A stretch of DNA of 64,000 nucleotides from an uncultured Bacillota bacterium (GTDB taxonomy: Bacteria > Bacillota > DTU025 > MWDF01). This document shows, in pieces, positions 1 to 10,940 of this stretch. Under the pieces are notes generated by a model. That model made no database searches. It was given only the letters and a program-made list of their open reading frames with translations, and was not told the DNA's origin. The first letter of the stretch is position 1; the number at the start of each line of letters is the position of its first letter. A program made the translations under genes and the position numbers. The stretch covers positions 466,912 to 530,911 of the forward strand of contig CAWGMK010000013.1 in the NCBI GenBank assembly GCA_963823655.1. Reading direction: 5' to 3'.

Positions 1-1
1 C

Positions 2-250
2 ATCGGAATCAAGGGTATCAGAAGGAAGCTGGCCATCATGATCCTCCAGGAGGCAGACAAGGCAGGCTCCCTTTCCTTCAGGTCCGAAATGAACAGGGGC
101 CAGATGGCCGACTACTTCTTTGTAACAAGGCCCGCACTCAGCCATGAGCTTTGCCTTCTGAGGGATGACGGCGCCATCGAATTCCAAGGAAGGGAATTTC
201 GTATACTGAACCATTCCCTTCTGAAACGAATAGCCGAAAAAGACGTTTAA
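2..250 (+). CDS. Crp/Fnr family transcriptional regulator, C-terminal HTH (5' truncated by window)
   Basis: Frame open from base 2; translation ...IRRKLAIMIL...MNRGQMADYFFVTRPALSHELCLLRDDGAIEF matches a Crp-type HTH. Confidence 0.8.
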   Translation: MGIKGIRRKLAIMILQEADKAGSLSFRSEMNRGQMADYFFVTRPALSHELCLLRDDGAIEFQGREFRILNHSLLKRIAEKDV

Positions 251-285
251 CATTGTAAAGGCTTACAATGCTCGGAGGTTTTCCC

Positions 286-1271
286 ATGGTCGTCATAACC
301 GGAGCTACTGGTCATATTGGTAATGCGCTGGTGCGCGAGCTTGCCTCCGACGGAGTAGATATCAGGGCGCTGGTGCTTCCCGGTGAGACGACAAAATCGA
401 TCGATGGGCTAGGAGTCGAATATTTCAAGGGCGACGTACGCGATTACCGGTCGCTCATCAGGGCTTTCAAGGGGGCTGAGGCTGTCTATCACCTGGCCGG
501 GCATAGTATCGATCGGTTCAGGCAAGAAGAAGCTGTTAAGGGACGTAAACGTGCAGGGGCACCATGAATGTCTGCGACGCATGCCGCGACCTTGGAATAC
601 CCAGGCTTATATATGTCAGCTCCATCCACGCTTTCAAGGAGCCCCCAAGAGGCACCCTTATTTCTGAGACCAAAGACTTCGACCCAAAGCATGTGGGGGG
701 CAACTACGCGAAATCCAAGGCTGAGGCAACTCGCTATGTGCTCAAGTGCGCAACAGAAGGGCTGAATGCGGTTATTGTGCACCCTACCGGGGTCATCGGC
801 CCCTATGAGTATAAGCTTTCCAATATGGGGCAGCTCTTCGTGGATTTCATGCGGAGCAGGCTTTATGCGATAATCGATGGCGCCTATGATTTCGTCGATG
901 TAAGAGACGTCGCCAAAGGAATTGCTCTTGCCGCAAAATTCGGCCGAAAAGGCGAGAACTACATCCTCTCAGGTGAGCAGATAAGCGTGAAGAGCATGAT
1001 GGAAGTACTGTCCGGAGAGACCGGAATAAAGGCGCCGACAAGGATAATACCCTGCTGGCTTGCACAGTTCACCGGTTTCTTCGCGGAAATCTACTACAAG
1101 GCCCGCAAGCAGCAACCCTTGTTTACCTCATATTCCGTCTCGACCCTGTCCAGCAATTCGATGACTAGCTCAGGCAAAGCTCTGAAGGAATTCGGCTACA
1201 AATCGAGGCCGCTGAGAGAGACGATCAAGGATACTGTCACCTGGCTAAAGGAGCATACTATTAAAAAGTAG
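286..1271 (+). CDS. NAD-dependent epimerase/dehydratase (dihydroflavonol-reductase-like extended SDR), split by indels near 498 and 557
   Basis: GATGHIG Rossmann motif, YAKSK catalytic motif, GGAGG RBS before ATG 286; breaks fall in G runs. Confidence 0.85.
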
Positions 1272-1301
1272 CGGCAAACATCGCCAAAGGTTCAGGTTAT
1301 C

Positions 1302-1343
1302 ACCCGCCATAGGTTATAATTCCTATGGCGGGTTTAGTTTTTT
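1302..1343 (+). terminator. Intrinsic-terminator-like hairpin with TATAAT in its loop
   Basis: ACCCGCCATAGG (1302-1313) / CCTATGGCGGGT (1322-1333) followed by a T-rich tract. Confidence 0.6.
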
Positions 1344-1368
1344 AGCCTGATCCTGGAGGTAGATAGTT

Positions 1369-3085
1369 ATGCAAGCCGAGAATTTCTTCCTGCTTTTCGG
1401 AGGTTTGGCGCTTTTCATATACGGCATGATGCAGATGGGCGAAGCCCTGGACAGAAGACAGCTGGCGAGAACATGCGAAGGATACTGCAGCTTCTTACCT
1501 CAAATCCCCTTCTCGGCGTGCTTGTCGGCGCCTTGGTTACGATGATAATCCAAAGCTCAAGCGCCACAACTGTAATGGTAATAGGCTTTGTCAGCGCGGG
1601 CTTGATGACGCTTAGGCAATCTGTTGGGGTCATCATGGGTGCAAATATAGGCACCACGATAACCGCCTGGCTGGTGGCAATCAAAATCGGCGATTACGCC
1701 TGGTTGTTCGCAGCCGTCGGTTTCCTCTTGATGTTCGTCGGCAAGAAGGCCAAGGTCCGTTACATCGGCCAGCTGATATTCTCATTCGGCGTCCTCTTCA
1801 TTGGCTTGAATACCATGGGCGCGTCTATGAAACCCCTTGTTAAGAACGAATTTTTCCTGAGCCTGATGGAGAAATCGGCCAACTACCCGATACTCGGCCT
1901 TCTGATGGGGACCTTTTTCACTACTCTAATCCAAAGTTCAAGCGCATCCATCGGTGTGCTTCAAACTCTTGCCAGCGCCACCGATAGCACCGCCTCTCCT
2001 GCCGTGATTAGTATCATGCAGGCCTTCCCCCTTCTTATCGGAGCTAACATCGGGACAACGATCACCGCTTTCCTCGCTTCGATTGGAGCCAGGAAAGAGG
2101 CCCGACGGGCCGCTTTAACGCATACCGTATTCAACCTTGTAGGGGGCGGCAGTTTTCATGCCGCTATTCTATCTTGCGGCGAGGGCCGGGCTTCAAAACT
2201 GGCTTTCTAGACTTCTTAGGAGTGGATGTAGCGACCGCGGGGGGTATAAGAAGCGGAATAGCCGCTATGCACTCGATTTTCAACATTTCGAATACCCTCT
2301 TGCTGCTGCCTTTCATCTGGCTTCTGTGCAAGCTTGTGACTCTGGTAGTCCCCGGCAAGGATACTTACGAACAGCGTACCACGCTCTATCTTGATTACAA
2401 GGTAATCGGCACATCGTACGTCGCCCTAGACTTGGCCACCAAGGAATTGGCCAGGATGGCCGAGTATTCAAGGCAGATGTCCCTTGATGCCAAGAAGGCT
2501 TTGATTAACCTGGATAATCAGGCGATGAAGAGAATCCTGGAAATCGAGGATATCGTGGACCTGCTAGACAAGGAAATCGTGAAGTATATGTCCACCATGA
2601 TGTCCAGAAAGATCATGACCGACCATGACTCGCTAAGGGTAGCGGGCCTTATGCACGTCACAAGCGACATCGAGCGGATAGGCGATCACTGCACCAATAT
2701 CGGTGAGCTGGCCCTTGAGGTGTCCGAGGATGGCATCAAGTTCTCCGACCAGGCGGTTGCAGAGCTTAATACAGGCTTTGACAAGGTACTTTCCATAGTG
2801 GACCAAAGCATATCCTCATTGAGGAATAACGATATCGACCTAGCAATCAAGGTGATTATGGCAGAAGCCGACCTTGACGATATGGAGGCGGCGATGAGGA
2901 CCAGCCATCTGAAGAGGCTCAATGATGGCCTGTGCAATCCCAAGAGCGCCGTAATTTTCCTTGATGTAATGCACAACATGGAGAGAATCGGCGACCACTG
3001 CAAGAACATAGCCGAGGTGGTCATAAGCGACAATAACCTGGACGTTGAGAAGCTTGAAAGGGACATTGCTATAAAGCAGCCCTGA
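1369..3085 (+). CDS. Na/Pi cotransporter family protein with C-terminal PhoU domains (frameshifts near 1450 and 2140-2240)
   Basis: Two IQSSSA...GANIGTT repeats and two PhoU-type ERIGDH motifs; GGAGGT RBS before ATG 1369. Confidence 0.9.
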
Positions 3086-3112
3086 GCATAGAATATTATT
3101 GTAGGCACATAG

Positions 3113-3143
3113 AAGGGAGGCGGGCTTACCGACCTCCCTTTTA
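3113..3143 (+). terminator. Rho-independent terminator
   Basis: AAGGGAGG...CCTCCCTTTT after the Na/Pi gene. Confidence 0.6.
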
Positions 3144-3171
3144 AATGTGTCGCTTGCTGGGGGTAATTTCC

Positions 3172-4259
3172 ATGGATTTCGTATTGCCGAGATATAGGCA
3201 CCCGAGCTTCGAAGGCGCACAGTTCAAGAGCGCCCCTGATGCCAGGTTCGAGCCTGCACCGGACGCCGGCATTGCCCCTGACAACTTCCATGCGACATCG
3301 ATATATCCTGAGTACTTCAAAGTGCAGGGCCAGTGGAAGCTCGCTCCCGTGAGCCGCATGGATTGCGCAGTGGTGCAAAAAGGCGAAGAGCTGCTCATTA
3401 CGGAAATCCGCAGGATAGAAAAGGGCGAACTTGTTCTTGTCGGGCGCAATGACGATCATACTGAGGGCATATATATCCACAGCGATCCTTTCGAGACCGA
3501 CAGAAAGCAGCTTGGAGACCCATTCTCCTTCCGCAGCAGCAGGTCGCGCGAGACGCCTATGTCCAGGGATTACGAGTGCCTGGAGGCTCTTCTGGACCAT
3601 GAAAGCGACTACGGCCACATCTCATGGGTCCTGGGTCCCGCCGTTGTCTTCGACCATTACTCCAGGCAGGTCATGGCGGGCCTTATCCAGGCGGGCTACG
3701 TCCACTCCATCCTAGCGGGCAATGCAGTAGCCACACATGATATCGAAGGCGCGGTATTCGGCACAGCGCTCGGCAACGACATTCACACCAATATGCCGGT
3801 GCCCAAGGGCCATTACTGCCATATCGATACAATAAACATGATCAAATCAGCCGGTTCCATAGAGGAGTTCATAAAGCAGCGGCAGATCACCGACGGCATC
3901 ATGGCGGCGTGCGTAAGGCATGGCGTGCCATATGTCCTGGCGGGCTCCATAAGAGACGACGGCCCCCTTCCTGAGGTCCACCGCAATGTTTATGAAGCCC
4001 AAGACGCGATGCGCAAATACACAGACAAGGCAACGACGATAATCTGCATGGCGACGCAGCTTCATTCGATTGCCACGGGCAACATGACCGGCATGCTTTA
4101 GAAAAGTCGGGGATGAGATCTCGGCCGGTCTACTTCTACATAGTCGATACGACGGAGTTTGCAGCAAACAAGCTTAAGGACCGCGGCTCGCTCAGCGCAA
4201 TCGCGATAACCACAAATGTCCATGACTTCCTGGGGAACATCTCCCGGCGCCTTCTGTAA
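3172..4259 (+). CDS. LOR/SDH-domain (TIGR00300-like) protein, related to ArgZ/AgrE ornithine cyclodeaminase C-terminal region; frameshifts near 4095-4120
   Basis: Motifs APDARF, SRMDC, LAGNAVATHDIE, LAGSIRDDGPLP, LHSIATGNM; continuation ...ANKLKDRGS...TNVHDFL ends at TAA 4259. Confidence 0.75.
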
Positions 4260-4274
4260 GCTGCCATCATCTTA

Positions 4275-4305
4275 CCCGGGCCAACACGGCCCGGGCTTTA
4301 CTTTT
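4275..4305 (+). terminator. Rho-independent terminator
   Basis: CCCGGGCC-aacac-GGCCCGGG plus T-rich tail. Confidence 0.65.
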
Positions 4306-4350
4306 GCCGCTTTATATTCATATATTCTTATATATTGATATATCATTCGT

Positions 4351-4385
4351 AAAAGAAATCGGCCCTCTTTTCAGGAAGGGCCGAT
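4351..4385 (-). terminator. Rho-independent terminator of the 2-hydroxyacid dehydrogenase gene
   Basis: ATCGGCCCT/AGGGCCGAT stem with a U tract on the minus strand. Confidence 0.65.
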
Positions 4386-4405
4386 CGGACTTTATTTGAG
4401 TCTTC

Positions 4406-5368
4406 TTACTTCTTGTTGACTACGTTGACGGGGCTGCCCGCCTTGAAGCGGGCCAGGTTGTCTATGGCAGTCGCAATGAGCCTGGTCCTTGCTTCCTTCT
4501 GGGCTCCTGCGATATGTGGCGTGATTACGGTGTTCTTCGCGGACAGCAGGGGATTGTCTGCCTTTGGAGGTTCTACGGAAATAACGTCAAGTCCAGCAGC
4601 GCTTACCTTGCCGCTGTTAAGCGCGTCCGCCAGGTCCTGATCGACTACGAGAAGGCCTCTTGAAGTATTGATGATCTTGACCCCGTCCTTCATCTTCGCG
4701 ATGGAGTCTTTATTGATCATGCCCTTGTTGGACTCGAACAGCGGGCAATGGAGGCTAATAACATCCGACTTAGCATACAGCTCATCCAGCTCGACGTATC
4801 TTACGCTGTCGCTTTCAAGCGAGGCGTCCTTATGGTTGTCGTTTGCGAGCACTTTCATGCCCAAGGCTAGGGCGATCCTGCCCACTGCCTGCCCTATCTT
4901 GCCGAAGCCTATGATGCCTATGGTCTTTCCTGCCAGCTCGTTAAGCGGGTAATCCCAGTAGCAGTAGTCCAGGCACTTGGACCACTTCCCGCTCTTGACG
5001 CTTTCGCTGTGGCCTTCTACGTGCAGCATGAGGGCCAGAAGCAGCGCGATGGCATGCTGAGAGACGGCATTGGTGCCGTAAGTGGGCACATTGGCCACAG
5101 CAATTCCAAGATCCCTTGCTGCATCAACATCCACAACATTATAGCCGGTCGCCAGGACCCCGATGTATTTCAGATCCGGCAGAGCTTCTAGTGTCGCCCT
5201 TGTCATAGGGGCCTTATTCAGCAATATGGCAGTGGCGCCCTTCGCCCTTTCGACTATCTGATCAAGCGGCGTCCTGTCGTACACTTCGACTTCGCCCAGC
5301 TCATAGAGCGGCTTCCAAGAAATATCCCCGGGGTTTACAGTATACCCGTCCAGAACTACGATCTTCAT
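4406..5368 (-). CDS. D-2-hydroxyacid dehydrogenase (glycerate dehydrogenase/hydroxypyruvate reductase-like)
   Basis: GIIGFGKIG, LHCPL, INTSRG, LDVISVEPP and TPHIAG motifs. Confidence 0.9.
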   Translation of the reverse strand: MKIVVLDGYTVNPGDISWKPLYELGEVEVYDRTPLDQIVERAKGATAILLNKAPMTRATLEALPDLKYIGVLATGYNVVDVDAARDLGIAVANVPTYGTNAVSQHAIALLLALMLHVEGHSESVKSGKWSKCLDYCYWDYPLNELAGKTIGIIGFGKIGQAVGRIALALGMKVLANDNHKDASLESDSVRYVELDELYAKSDVISLHCPLFESNKGMINKDSIAKMKDGVKIINTSRGLLVVDQDLADALNSGKVSAAGLDVISVEPPKADNPLLSAKNTVITPHIAGAQKEARTRLIATAIDNLARFKAGSPVNVVNKK

Positions 5369-5445
5369 CCGAAACCTCCTGAAAAATCATTCTAACTATA
5401 GATTATCCGATATTGAGGGGCTTGCTTCAAGTGCAAAGCCTTCCA

Positions 5446-6782
5446 CTAACCCTTCTCCACGCTTTCTATGTACTTCTCGACGTCGAACTTGCTCCTTGCG
5501 CCTTCGTACGACATATACCTGATCATGCCGAAGATGGGCCTCTCCCCCCATGGCCTGTCGTGCACGCCTCCAATTGACCATGCAATGCCTGCATAGCCGT
5601 TCGGGTCCCTGCCGTCCAGGCTGTACGAGTCATTTAGGCGCAAGGCCTTATTCATTGCACGAATCCGGAGAATCGGACCATTCCAGGATCTTCTTCGCCC
5701 AATACATCCTCAGATAGCCCGGCATCGCGCCAACCCTTATCATCTGGCGCTGCGCAGCGTTCCACAGCCTGTCATGCGTCCTTGATGCCTCCAGCTCCTC
5801 ATAGCTGTAGTCGTAGTCTCTCATGTCGCTCCTATGCTTATCGAGCGTACCCCTCGCCCAGGGGGGAAAGCTGCCTGCACTGTCATACTCCTCGCAATAG
5901 CGGCAGAAGTTCTCCGCAAGCTCGCGCCTTATGAAGGCCTGTTCTATGAATTCCTCCGAACCGGGCCCCGCGTGAAGCATCGCCTCCGTAACCACCCTCT
6001 CGCGCTTATCTGACCGAAGTGGATATATGGTGAAAGCCCAGATTGAGCCCCTTCATTGGGATCGTTGGAGACGGGATAACGGGGAGAGTCCTCAATTCCA
6101 GAAACTGGGCAAGCCTGTGCATGGCAGCCCTCTCGCCTGAAGTAATACCGCCAAAGCCATTCCCCACTCCAAGCAGCCGCAGCTCCTTTTTATTCAGATT
6201 GCCTCACTTGCCTTGCCCATCCCCTTCGAAGGCAATGGGTGGGCAGCTAAAGGAGGAACCGGATCAAGGAACTCACTCATCAGCCTGTTCAACTTCGGCC
6301 TTATAGTGTAAGCGGCATACTCCCTCTTTCCGGAGGCAATCGTAACCGGCACAATATTGTGCGAGTCGACAACATGATTCTTCACGTCAGACAGGTTTTC
6401 CAGCTCGGACTTCCACGAGCGCGACGGCCTAAGCGGGCTTGCATCCATTACAATCAGGCCGGCCCCAATGCGCCTGCTAAAAGCGGCTACCTCCCTGCCC
6501 GGGCTTCCTTTCAGAAGGCAAAAAGGGATCCCGCGCTCTTCCAGCTTATCTGCCACTTCCATTAATCCGCGCAGCATGAAGGCATAATGGCCGGAAGAGG
6601 CGCGCTTAATCTCATCTGTGAGGCAGAACGCCACGTTAAGCTGCCTTCCGGCGTTGATTGCCCATTGTTGGGCATATGCCGAGCCCAGTTATCCTTGCTC
6701 CTTTGCTCCCCTGCTCATCCAATAAAGGACAGGTCCCTGCCCTGTCCTCTTGCTTGTTGTGCTGATTTCCTCTTGGATCCAT
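5446..6782 (-). CDS. phr: Class II CPD deoxyribodipyrimidine photolyase (several frameshifts)
   Basis: N-terminal GPVLYWMS...[57 protein letters not shown]...GGVHDRPW. Confidence 0.85.
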
Positions 6783-6790
6783 TGGGGAGA

Positions 6791-7773
6791 TCAAATCCTT
6801 TCGACTTTAAGGTACTTTCCAAGGTCTCCGCAGATTTCAAGCCCAGTGTTCCCGCTTGTCCCCTCGAAAACAAGGCCTTCCGAGCGGTCGGTAAGCCTTA
6901 CTTTAACAACCGCGGTAATGCTCTCCTTTATCACCCTTGTCATCATGCCGTTCTTGGGCGCTGCCAGCTCACCCGCCTTGTCATATGACGCCTCAAGCTC
7001 CAAAAGAAGCCGGCCCTTCGTAACCGCGGCCTCCAGCGAAGCCTCCCCCCACCCTCACATGGCGCGTTCTTGCGAAATTGTAGGTGGCGAAAAGCATGAA
7101 CTTGCCGTCAATAAGCAGGAATGAGATAAGCCCCGGGAAGTGCCTGCCCAGCCAAGGTATGCTTGCCAGCGAGAACATGAAGGAGGCAGGTTTTTCGAAG
7201 TGGTTGGCCTGCATCCAGGTCCACGCGTCAGGAAAAGACCTGCCCCAGTCCTTCTCGATGTAGCCTTCCCCGCCTGAGAAATCCGTCTCTTCGCCGTCAA
7301 CAAACATCGATCCGCTTATCGTATGGCTGATATTTACGACACCATGGTAGCACTCCATGCCCGGGGCGAAGGTAAACGGCCCCATTATGCCGGGGAAGGG
7401 CCGCCTTTTTTCTGGGAATCTCAATATGTTCGAAAAGCCTATGTCGGCATTGATGCACCCGCTTGTGGTCTGCAAGGCGCAACCTCATGCCCTGCCTGCT
7501 GAACGAGTTGGGGCCAATTCTCACGTCGAAAAGGCCATCTGCAGCGTTGAATTCTGCCACAGGATACCTGAAATAGTGGACCTTTCCTGTAACTGCGTTT
7601 ATACACTGCACAAAAGCGTGCAATTCCTCAAGGCTGCCCCCGAGCGAAATCCCGGGGATCACTGCAAATGCATTCTTGCGCCCCTTGTCTATAAGCTTGA
7701 AATACCACCCCTCGAAGTAGTGCCTCCTTCTTAATGAACCCTGGAAGACCTCTGGGTGCCATGACTTCAGCAT
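6791..7773 (-). CDS. Tocopherol cyclase family protein (two frameshifts)
   Basis: YFEGWYFK, GIMGPF, MECYHGV and GYIEKDWGRSFP motifs across three ORF fragments. Confidence 0.8.
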
Positions 7774-7938
7774 CGGAACCTACCCCCGGAACATCTTAGT
7801 AACGCCCAATTCAAACATCAAAATCAAAATTCTACAAGATTCCCGTAAAGGACAGCCGACTCACAACGGGGCTTTTCAGCGCAGCTATGCCCGGTCGGGC
7901 CGCAGTAATGCAATCACCGGCCGGGCATTAGTAAGGGC

Positions 7939-8276
7939 TTACAATGTGACTATAGTGTAACCTTCGTCAATGTAGCTGGCCATGGGGGATGGCCGCTCAT
8001 ATCCCCGTTCAATTTGTAGCCGTTTACCTCAAGGTAATCGTGTGCACCAGTTGCCCTTGAGCATGCTTTGCAGACACAGTCTATCAGGCCCTCCTCCTTG
8101 GCTTTTAGAAGCAGGCTTCCTTTTGCCTCATCCATGTCTTTCAAGGTCTTGGTGGCAGTACCCTCGACAACTATAAGGGCTTCATGCCCCCCCTTCCTTA
8201 ATTCCAGCGCGTTAAGGATCACATGCGAAAAGCACATTGTCTCGCCCTTGAAGGCGAAGAATGCGAACTTGCCCAT
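7939..8276 (-). CDS. DsrE-like small cytoplasmic protein (C-terminal indel; restored end ...GYTIVTL*)
   Basis: MCFSHVILNALEL, VEGTAT, CVCKACS and MSGHP motifs. Confidence 0.65.
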
Positions 8277-8425
8277 GATCAGCCCTCCTTTTATGTAAAA
8301 ATCGATTGCATGTCGTATTATTGTATAGTTTAATATTTCTGCATTACATGGGATTCACCTGCAAGCGCAAAACGGTCCCTGCAATTGACTTAGCCTGCCG
8401 TAATGGCAGGACATGAGGAGAAACC

Positions 8426-9235
8426 ATGGGAGAAAATGATGTAATCAGCCTTTCTGCGCAGCCCTGGTCATCGGCCGATGTGGAGTCCATGTCAAGGCTG
8501 CTCGGAATAGGCGAAGGGGATACGGTCATCGTCCACACCAAGATGTCCTCGATGGGCTGGGTCTGCGGCGGAGCGCAGGCGGTCATCGAGGGTCTTGTAG
8601 CGGCAGTCGGCGAATCCGGAACGCTTGTGCTTCCCGCGCATTCAGGCGGCAACAGCGATCCTTCTTTCTGGAGCAACCCTCCGGTGCCAGAAGCCTGGTG
8701 GGACAGGATACGAGAGACGATGCCCGCATTCGACCCCCGCAAGACTCCGATAAGAGGAGTGGGTTCCGTACCGGAGCTTTTCAGGACATGGCCGGGTGCA
8801 CTTCGCTCGAACCATCCCACCGCATCATTCGCGGCGCTGGGTAAGCAGGCCCTTTTCATTACTTCAGGCCATGAATCGCTCATGGCGTTCGGCGAGGACT
8901 CCTCTCTTGCAAGAGTCTATGAGCTGGACGGCAAGGTCTTGCTGATAGGAGTCGGCCACGACAACAATACTTCCATGCATCTGGGCGAGTTCAGATCGGG
9001 TACCTGCAAGACCATGGTGCAGGGAGCGGCAATCATGAAGGACGGAAGGCGACAATGGGTCAGCTTCGATGAGATCGATATGGATTCGGACAGATTTCCC
9101 GCTATAGGAGCCGCTTTTGAAGAAGCCGGGGGCATCGTGTCCCGTGGCAAGATATGCCAGGCCGATTGCTTGCTGTTCAGGCAGAGAGCCATCGTGGACT
9201 TCACGGCAAGTTTCCTGCGGGCAATGAAGGAATAG
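8426..9235 (+). CDS. AAC(3)/YokD family N-acetyltransferase
   Basis: GDTVIVH, GWVCGG, RSNHP and NNTSMHLGE motifs. Confidence 0.9.
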   Translation: MGENDVISLSAQPWSSADVESMSRLLGIGEGDTVIVHTKMSSMGWVCGGAQAVIEGLVAAVGESGTLVLPAHSGGNSDPSFWSNPPVPEAWWDRIRETMPAFDPRKTPIRGVGSVPELFRTWPGALRSNHPTASFAALGKQALFITSGHESLMAFGEDSSLARVYELDGKVLLIGVGHDNNTSMHLGEFRSGTCKTMVQGAAIMKDGRRQWVSFDEIDMDSDRFPAIGAAFEEAGGIVSRGKICQADCLLFRQRAIVDFTASFLRAMKE

Positions 9236-9310
9236 GGCGGCTTTGTGTGGAATTTTCTTTAGGAACGAAGGCTTTCGGGCCCGGACTTAAGAATAGGTGG
9301 ATTTGGACCT

Positions 9311-10928
9311 ATGACAGATACGATGCCAGCAAATGCACAGGAGCTTTTAAATCAGGCAGAGGTCCTAAGCCGGACCAGCACAAGCGCGGCAATCGCGAAG
9401 GCCAAGCTCGCCTACTCGGCTGCGCTCGATGCGAACGACCAGCTTACAAGGCTGAAGTCCCTGATAATGATGGGGCGTTGCTCTTTCATGTCGGGCCGTA
9501 CGGGCGATGCCATCAAATGGCTGTTGGAGTGCATCTCGACGGCGGATACCCTAAACATGCCCGAGCAGATGGCGGAGGCTTTCAATCAGCTTGGAAACAC
9601 TTACCTGGTAATCAAGGACTACGGCAGGTCCATATCATGCTACCTTGACTCTCTGGATATCATGAAGGACAACGGATTTGAGAGTATGGAAAGCCGCGTG
9701 CTGAACAATATCGGCGCGCTGTACCTTGATCTGGAGGATCTCGACCACGCCGCCGACTACTTCCAGCAATCCTATGAGATGGACGCATCCACATCCCAGA
9801 AATCCGTGATACTCCTTTTGAACCTGGCAAGCATCTACGCCAAGAAAAAGGCCTTCGAGAAGGCCGACTTCTATATGAAGAAGGCACAAGAGGCCCTTAC
9901 CGAGCCTGAAGACCTGCTGATGCTGTCCTGGTTCTACCTGACAGACGGCGAGGTGGCCCAGGCGAAAGACGACATAGAGGCCGCCATCAAGCATTACAAG
10001 GCCGCTTTCGATATTTTGAGCAAGACGGGCGACGCCTTCAACGAATGCGACATGAGCATCAGGATAGGCCTGCTGCTGCTCGATGCTGGCAGGTGCGACG
10101 AGGCTCTTGAGGTCCTTCTGCAGACATACGAGAAATGCAACATGTTCAAAGTCCATGAAACCAGCAAGAAGATAGCCGGGCTGATCGCCAGGTGCTACAG
10201 CAATGTTCGCGAGGACGAGAAGGCCCTCAGATTCTATATACTCCAGAGCATGCACACCGAGCAGTCCGAAAAGGAGCACATTGAAAACCAGAGGAAGAGC
10301 GTCCTTTTGCAGGTCCAGCAGCATGAGACCAACCTGGAAAGGCTCAGGCTCAAGCAGCTGAGCGAGGAGCTCATGAGGACCACCGACGAGCTCAAGGAGG
10401 CATATGCCACGCTGGAGAGGCAGGCGATAATCGACTCCCTTACCGGCATCAGGAACAGAAGGTCTATGGATTCGCTGCTTGACTCGACATGGAAGCAGTG
10501 CCAGGACGAGAGCCTGCCCTTTACTTTGATGCTTGTGGACCTGGACTGTTTCAAGAACTTCAACGACTATTACGGCCATCCGGCCGGCGACGAAAACCTA
10601 AGGATAATCGCTTCCTGCCTAACCGAGGCCATCGGTGACGAGAGGCTCATCGGCAGGTACGGCGGTGACGAATTCGTCGCCGTACTGCCCGACGTAAGCG
10701 GCGAAGAGGCAAGGAATATCGGCAACAAGATGCTGGATAATGTAAGGTCCAAGAATCAAACACGAGCGCAATGACGCTTCAAGCATACAGACTGTCACTG
10801 TCGGCGCAATATGCCTCGTCCCAAGCCGGGACGATGTCCCAGGTTCGGCCCTGCATATGGCGGATACCGCGCTGTACGACGGCAAAAAACAGGGCAAGGA
10901 CAGGCTGGTCCTCTACTGCAGGGAATAG
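9311..10928 (+). CDS. TPR-repeat diguanylate cyclase (GGDEF), frameshift near 10760
   Basis: TPR-like helical repeats, DSLTG, DLDCFKNFNDYYGH, intact RYGGDEF; alternate frame gives ADTALYDGKKQGKDR ending TAG 10928. Confidence 0.85.
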
Positions 10929-10940
10929 GAGATGTAAAGC

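Noticed and set aside
2686-3618. 310-aa minus-strand ORF
   Set aside because: Antisense shadow across two well-supported plus-strand genes; no recognisable motifs.
4310-4350. AT-rich TATAT(T) repeats
   Set aside because: Short low-complexity spacer between convergent terminators; no regular repeat-spacer structure.
7888-7927. Inverted repeat TGCCCGGTCGG...CCGGCCGGGCA
   Set aside because: Most simply a transcript-end hairpin of the DsrE-like gene; no additional copies noticed to suggest a REP or MITE family.
8426-9235. AAC(3) homologue as an acquired aminoglycoside resistance gene
   Set aside because: It looks like the chromosomal YokD-type subfamily and has no mobile-element context; resistance cannot be inferred.
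9635-10579. 314-aa minus-strand ORF
   Set aside because: Antisense shadow of the TPR-GGDEF gene, expected from codon bias at this GC content.
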